From the IMG/VR virus record IMGVR_UViG_3300020175_000006: a stretch of DNA of 20,000 nucleotides. One strand, 5' to 3'. The stretch's first letter is position 1; the number at the start of each line of letters is the position of its first letter. Of the stretch, positions 17,401-20,000 are shown one piece after another. This stretch comes from an uncultured virus (IMG/VR IMGVR_UViG_3300020175_000006) (lineage: Duplodnaviria > Heunggongvirae > Uroviricota > Caudoviricetes). The notes beneath the pieces were generated by a model. That model was not told the origin of the DNA and did not search any database. It saw only the letters and a list, made by a program, of their open reading frames with translations. A program made the translations under genes and the position numbers.

Positions 17401-18748
17401 TAATTATAATTGAGGGATTATTTTGATTTTGTTCCATGTAGAGAAGTCTATAACAGTTACCGTTATAGAAAAATCCAGGGTTAAGGGATAATATAGGTGT
17501 AGAATTTAAAAGTAATTGTACCGTTATTTGGTCTCCGCTATTGCAACAATTTTCAGCTCTAAATAAACTGTTTGTTTGTTCACATGGGTCAAAGTTATTT
17601 TGATTATAATTAAAACATTGTAGACATGATAGATGAGTACTCGATACTGAGTGTATTACATCACTTGCGTCTAAACCATTCACCCCAAATAAAGTATAAC
17701 AACCAGGCTCAATCTGAGCGTTTCCATCATACATTATCCCATCAAAAAATACTATAGTTCCATTTTCAGGTAAATAGTCCATAGCAAAAGTCACTACAGT
17801 AACATCATATGGGGGACAACAAGATTTTGCATATGCGGCAAATTTATCCTCTGGTTGGTCTGAACATAAACTAGTACATATCGAGCTTTGACAGCTTTGA
17901 GCTGATGGTCCGTTAAAAATTAATTGTGTTTGTTGACCTGTTACCTGTCCATTACTAACCCAACAAGTACCATTATGAGTGACCGCATTACCATTAAATA
18001 CCCAACCCCCCGTTTGAGTTTCCGTTAATAAAACTCTGGCTAATATAGTATCCTTAGGATTACAACAATTAATCCATTCATGTGTAGTGTATTGGGGAGG
18101 TGGAAAAGTATTATTTAAATATTGTGAATCAGAATTTACGTTAATTATCGCATTAGCGTCTGAACATACAATGTTTTCAAACTCATAATAACCTTGTTGT
18201 AAATCGGAAAAAGGTATACTAAAGGTTAATTCAGTTGAACCTAACGACTCTCTGACGGTGATAGATACTGAACCACTTTGAGTGACAGTCGTCCCCACAT
18301 CATCTTTTAATTTTAAATCAAAAGAGATTGTAGTGTTGACATTAACTAATATATTAGAAATTATATTAACGTAAGTGGTGGTTGTTCCTCCACCCGGTCC
18401 CGCTTCAAAAACATTATTTACGGTTAAACGAGGTATGACACCGGATATAGGGGTTAACGTAGGAGTTGGTGTCGGTGTAAATGACAGTGTCGGTGTCGGA
18501 GTAACTAAATTAACACTACCAGTACAAGAACAACTTGTTACGGTATCTATTAATTCATATGTGATACATGTCGAACCTGAAGTGCCCGAAAAATTGGTTG
18601 TTTCGAAATAATAAGGAAAATTATCAGGATTTATCAATCCTGTGGCGATTAATTGTTGGGGACTACCCGGTGCACAATCAGAAATATAAAGCGAATAATC
18701 ACCTGGTTGAGGGTCTGATGGTGTTAAGTTTACTGAGATATAGGCCAT
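14417..18748 (-). CDS. 1443-aa modular Cys-rich protein with Pro/Thr/Ser linkers; probable virion fibre/surface protein
   Basis: Five PT-rich tracts, seven CC-initiated modules plus two single-C variants, a beta-rich N-proximal module; TATTTAT upstream; no evident signal peptide. Confidence 0.75.
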   Translation of the reverse strand: MAYISVNLTPSDPQPGDYSLYISDCAPGSPQQLIATGLINPDNFPYYFETTNFSGTSGSTCITYELIDTVTSCSCTGSVNLVTPTPTLSFTPTPTPTLTPISGVIPRLTVNNVFEAGPGGGTTTTYVNIISNILVNVNTTISFDLKLKDDVGTTVTQSGSVSITVRESLGSTELTFSIPFSDLQQGYYEFENIVCSDANAIINVNSDSQYLNNTFPPPQYTTHEWINCCNPKDTILARVLLTETQTGGWVFNGNAVTHNGTCWVSNGQVTGQQTQLIFNGPSAQSCQSSICTSLCSDQPEDKFAAYAKSCCPPYDVTVVTFAMDYLPENGTIVFFDGIMYDGNAQIEPGCYTLFGVNGLDASDVIHSVSSTHLSCLQCFNYNQNNFDPCEQTNSLFRAENCCNSGDQITVQLLLNSTPILSLNPGFFYNGNCYRLLYMEQNQNNPSIIISQNSFVFNNICGEQLCPDCPTPTPTPTPSTTPDSWTIVTNLLTLEGCCDGITYTANTTLNVSANVNDYVYFINNNSSYSSSFTSGCYKILSSSAQTGPSQGTITENYGSVSCTSCTNNHPCLQKYTGCSEQCTVVSYPYDTVPYTNADGVTYNIPTVIQEPSHLAPLADENGVITDAAMFACFIFYLNSPCTNIEYFCDTFGGVDGVLTTLDLLVMLSIYGELQSYIQEQITCPSVYTQGLNPTLNGIYYVTQEENCYEYVGDVNSIDQPVINFSIDTVYSGCTECIEDEIPTPTPTPSMTPTPSITPTITPSITPTNTVTPTVTPSSTPTQFVYKVLLSGCCDNETYLEHVQFTNQITQSNDTFYFGGDGTQNILPQCYTVINFVLDNTLTPSFTIDNSTGFDNCSSCLASNPCTSLYRAESCCTSGVEDLFVTVVGDQPILGFHGFSYSGNCFVFIEGQGSGSGSITINSDNFLENICTDLILNPQLCEPCPTVTPSVTPSVTVTPSVTMTPSVTMTPSVTMTVTPSVTPSSSPPLPIVYYEVIPCCSAVSDDTDGYVLGVIFNGTITSLNNGDVFVWNYSNPGDPLSWRVIGTSPSEDVAYFYLDDEDIFQGGVNNCFDAANAFDIECTVTGYFTGCTTGNGYFIWDSSGDLTGPDFSYIPQYGASATYYFVDFQDELSVNGDCYLSFVPSELAIPWSGVTQLGPVVGQVLTYPLGCESCASNTPTPTPTITPTITPSITPTITPTPSVTSSPIPEAIQCADNFTISTSNFNNVLNPDGTIQSYSTSKTVINATLNLSSCAGTVKFALYAQSAHDRFVVKNNSDEVVIDSLLLGQPSNESLVDSRVENSPYICNVFTWNNDTDQLEFTSTQSVPVTVTDFPYHSDAGNYTYPLYDNVWDDNGVSRYGAKGQIGGTLEYFNLNSNVYVSPGSCGLTPSIPLDTYAGCGGYSNGSRVFSFEKPQGESIYTLTVYGGLFNSTAYGFKIIECPSC
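15806..15920 (-). repeat. Coding 18-bp-unit tandem repeat (VT[M/V]TPS)n
   Basis: gtcatagttactgatggt-type unit repeated about four times with degenerate flanks. Confidence 0.85.
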
Positions 18749-18761
18749 TTTACTTTTTTTT

Positions 18762-18768
18762 ATAAATA
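18762..18768 (-). promoter_or_regulatory. Putative late promoter TATTTAT upstream of the 1443-aa gene
   Basis: Minus strand GTATTTATAAAAAAAAGTAAAATG; core ends 13 nt before the ATG. Confidence 0.55.
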
Positions 18769-18778
18769 CTATTTATGT

Positions 18779-20000
18779 TTAATTTGTGTTAACATCGCAA
18801 TTTAATGGAGTTATCGGTGTTTGAGTTGGTGTAACCGATGGGTTAGGTGTTACGGCTACATCACAACTTAATGGAGTTATTGGTGTTTGAGTTGGTGTAA
18901 CTGATGGGTTAGGCGTTACGGCTACATCACAACTTAATGGAGTTATTGGTGTTTGAGTTGGTGTAACTGATGGGTTAGGTGTTACGGCTACATCACAATC
19001 TAAATCGACACACTCAGGGTTAGATGTTGATGGAGTTATTGAGGGGGTTGTAGTTATTGAGGGAGTCGTTGTTGGTGTTGGTGTCGGACACGCGCAATCA
19101 CTAGCTTTACATGAATTAAATCTAGGTCCCCATAGGTCACCTATGTATGGACTTCCAGACCCTGTACTAAACGGAATATAACAATTACCGTTATAATATA
19201 TTGCATTACCATTAGTAACCCATCCATTAACTCCGAGGGCTGATGCATCAATTTGACCTACCACGTATTGGGGTGAGGTATCTTTACAACAGGCAATAAA
19301 ACGGTGAGTTTGCCATATAGGGCTATTTTTACCGGTAAAGGTAACTGAATTTACTGTGTACGAATCAACCAACTCTCCCGTGGATGAGAAATCTTTAAAT
19401 TCACTATATGTACCTAATACATCGGTATACGATAAAGAGTTTTCAGTTATGGTTGCGGTTCCTGAAGTTTGACCTTGATTAATAGTTACTGACACACTAA
19501 TTTCTACAAAGGTACTATTAGTCCTTTCAAGTCTATTGATAAAGCTTACTGTAGTATTAGTAGATGCCGCCACATTTGATGTTGCGGTGTAATTACATAC
19601 TGTTGAACCACTTTCGTAAACAACACCAAAACCAATATTAAAAGGTATTACTGAAGATGAGGGCGTTACCGATGGAGTCGCGGTTACCGATGGAGTCGCG
19701 GTTACCGATGGAGTTACTGTTATCGATGGAGTTACTGTTATCGATGGAGTTGCTGTTATCGATGGAGTTGCGGTTATCGATGGTGTAGATGTGGGTGAAA
19801 GTCCTGGAGTTGCGGTTATCGATGGAGTTGCTGTTATCGATGGAGTTGCTGTTATCGATGGAGTCGCGGTTACCGATGGAGTTACTGTTATCGATGGAGT
19901 TGCTGTTATCGATGGAGTTGCGGTTATCGATGGTGTAGATGTGGGTGAAAGTCCTGGAGTTGCGGTTATCGATGGAGTTGCTGTTATCGATGGAGTTGCT
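18779..20000 (-). CDS. C-terminal part of a second PT-repeat/Cys-module protein, paralogous to 14417..18748 (5' end outside window)
   Basis: Frame stays open upstream of the GTG at 19573 (...TPSVTATPSVTPSSSVIPFNIGFGVVYESGSTVCNYTATSNVAAST...) through the repeats to the window edge. Confidence 0.85.
   Translation of the reverse strand, partial: ATPSITATPSITATPGLSPTSTPSITATPSITATPSITVTPSVTATPSITATPSITATPSITATPGLSPTSTPSITATPSITATPSITVTPSITVTPSVTATPSVTATPSVTPSSSVIPFNIGFGVVYESGSTVCNYTATSNVAASTNTTVSFINRLERTNSTFVEISVSVTINQGQTSGTATITENSLSYTDVLGTYSEFKDFSSTGELVDSYTVNSVTFTGKNSPIWQTHRFIACCKDTSPQYVVGQIDASALGVNGWVTNGNAIYYNGNCYIPFSTGSGSPYIGDLWGPRFNSCKASDCACPTPTPTTTPSITTTPSITPSTSNPECVDLDCDVAVTPNPSVTPTQTPITPLSCDVAVTPNPSVTPTQTPITPLSCDVAVTPNPSVTPTQTPITPLNCDVNTN
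18792..18998 (-). repeat. 66-bp coding tandem repeat x3 (CDVAVTPNPSVTPTQTPITPLS)
   Basis: acatc(a/g)caa recurs at 18792, 18858, 18924, 18990 with near-identical intervening sequence. Confidence 0.95.
19665..20000 (-). repeat. 18-bp coding minisatellite ([I/V]T[A/V]TPS)n nested in a 150-bp higher-order duplication
   Basis: Unit gatggagttgc(g/t)gttatc; 19724-19850 is identical to 19874-20000, including the interruption tggtgtagatgtgggtgaaagtcc. Confidence 0.95.

Noticed and set aside
16428..18765. Plus-strand ORFs 16428, 18375 and 18568
   Set aside because: Antisense to the 1443-aa gene; the GV-rich ones simply mirror PT repeats.
18779..19573. 264-aa ORF starting at GTG 19573
   Set aside because: Not the true start; frame is open to the window end.
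18792..20000. Possible CRISPR array
   Set aside because: Repeats are contiguous, lack unique spacers, are multiples of 3 and encode PT-rich protein.

Overview
AT-rich, gene-dense fragment of a large T4-like (contractile-tailed) dsDNA phage genome, probably infecting Bacteroidota: a consensus TTTG-N20-TAnnTTTG promoter sits before the DNA polymerase and starts are A-rich without obvious Shine-Dalgarno sites. It encodes a very large tail sheath, gp15-like tail terminator, gp14- and gp13-like neck proteins, a BppU-like protein and two paralogous Cys-rich/Pro-Thr-repeat proteins. These are interleaved with a SNF2 helicase, a family-B DNA polymerase, a HAD hydrolase and small ORFs missed by the ORF track (an RHH regulator and a 45-aa peptide). 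Most notable: (1) a Fe/Mn superoxide dismutase fused to a PD-(D/E)xK-like nuclease domain, preceded by the same putative late promoter as structural genes; (2) recurring I/L-x-E leaders suggesting several enzymes are protease-matured head cargo; (3) a TATTTAT putative late promoter motif; (4) a structured 5' leader on the DNA polymerase mRNA; (5) a repeated CC...C(Y/W/F)...CxxC module with a dockerin-like insert. All family assignments come from motif recognition by eye, not database searches.
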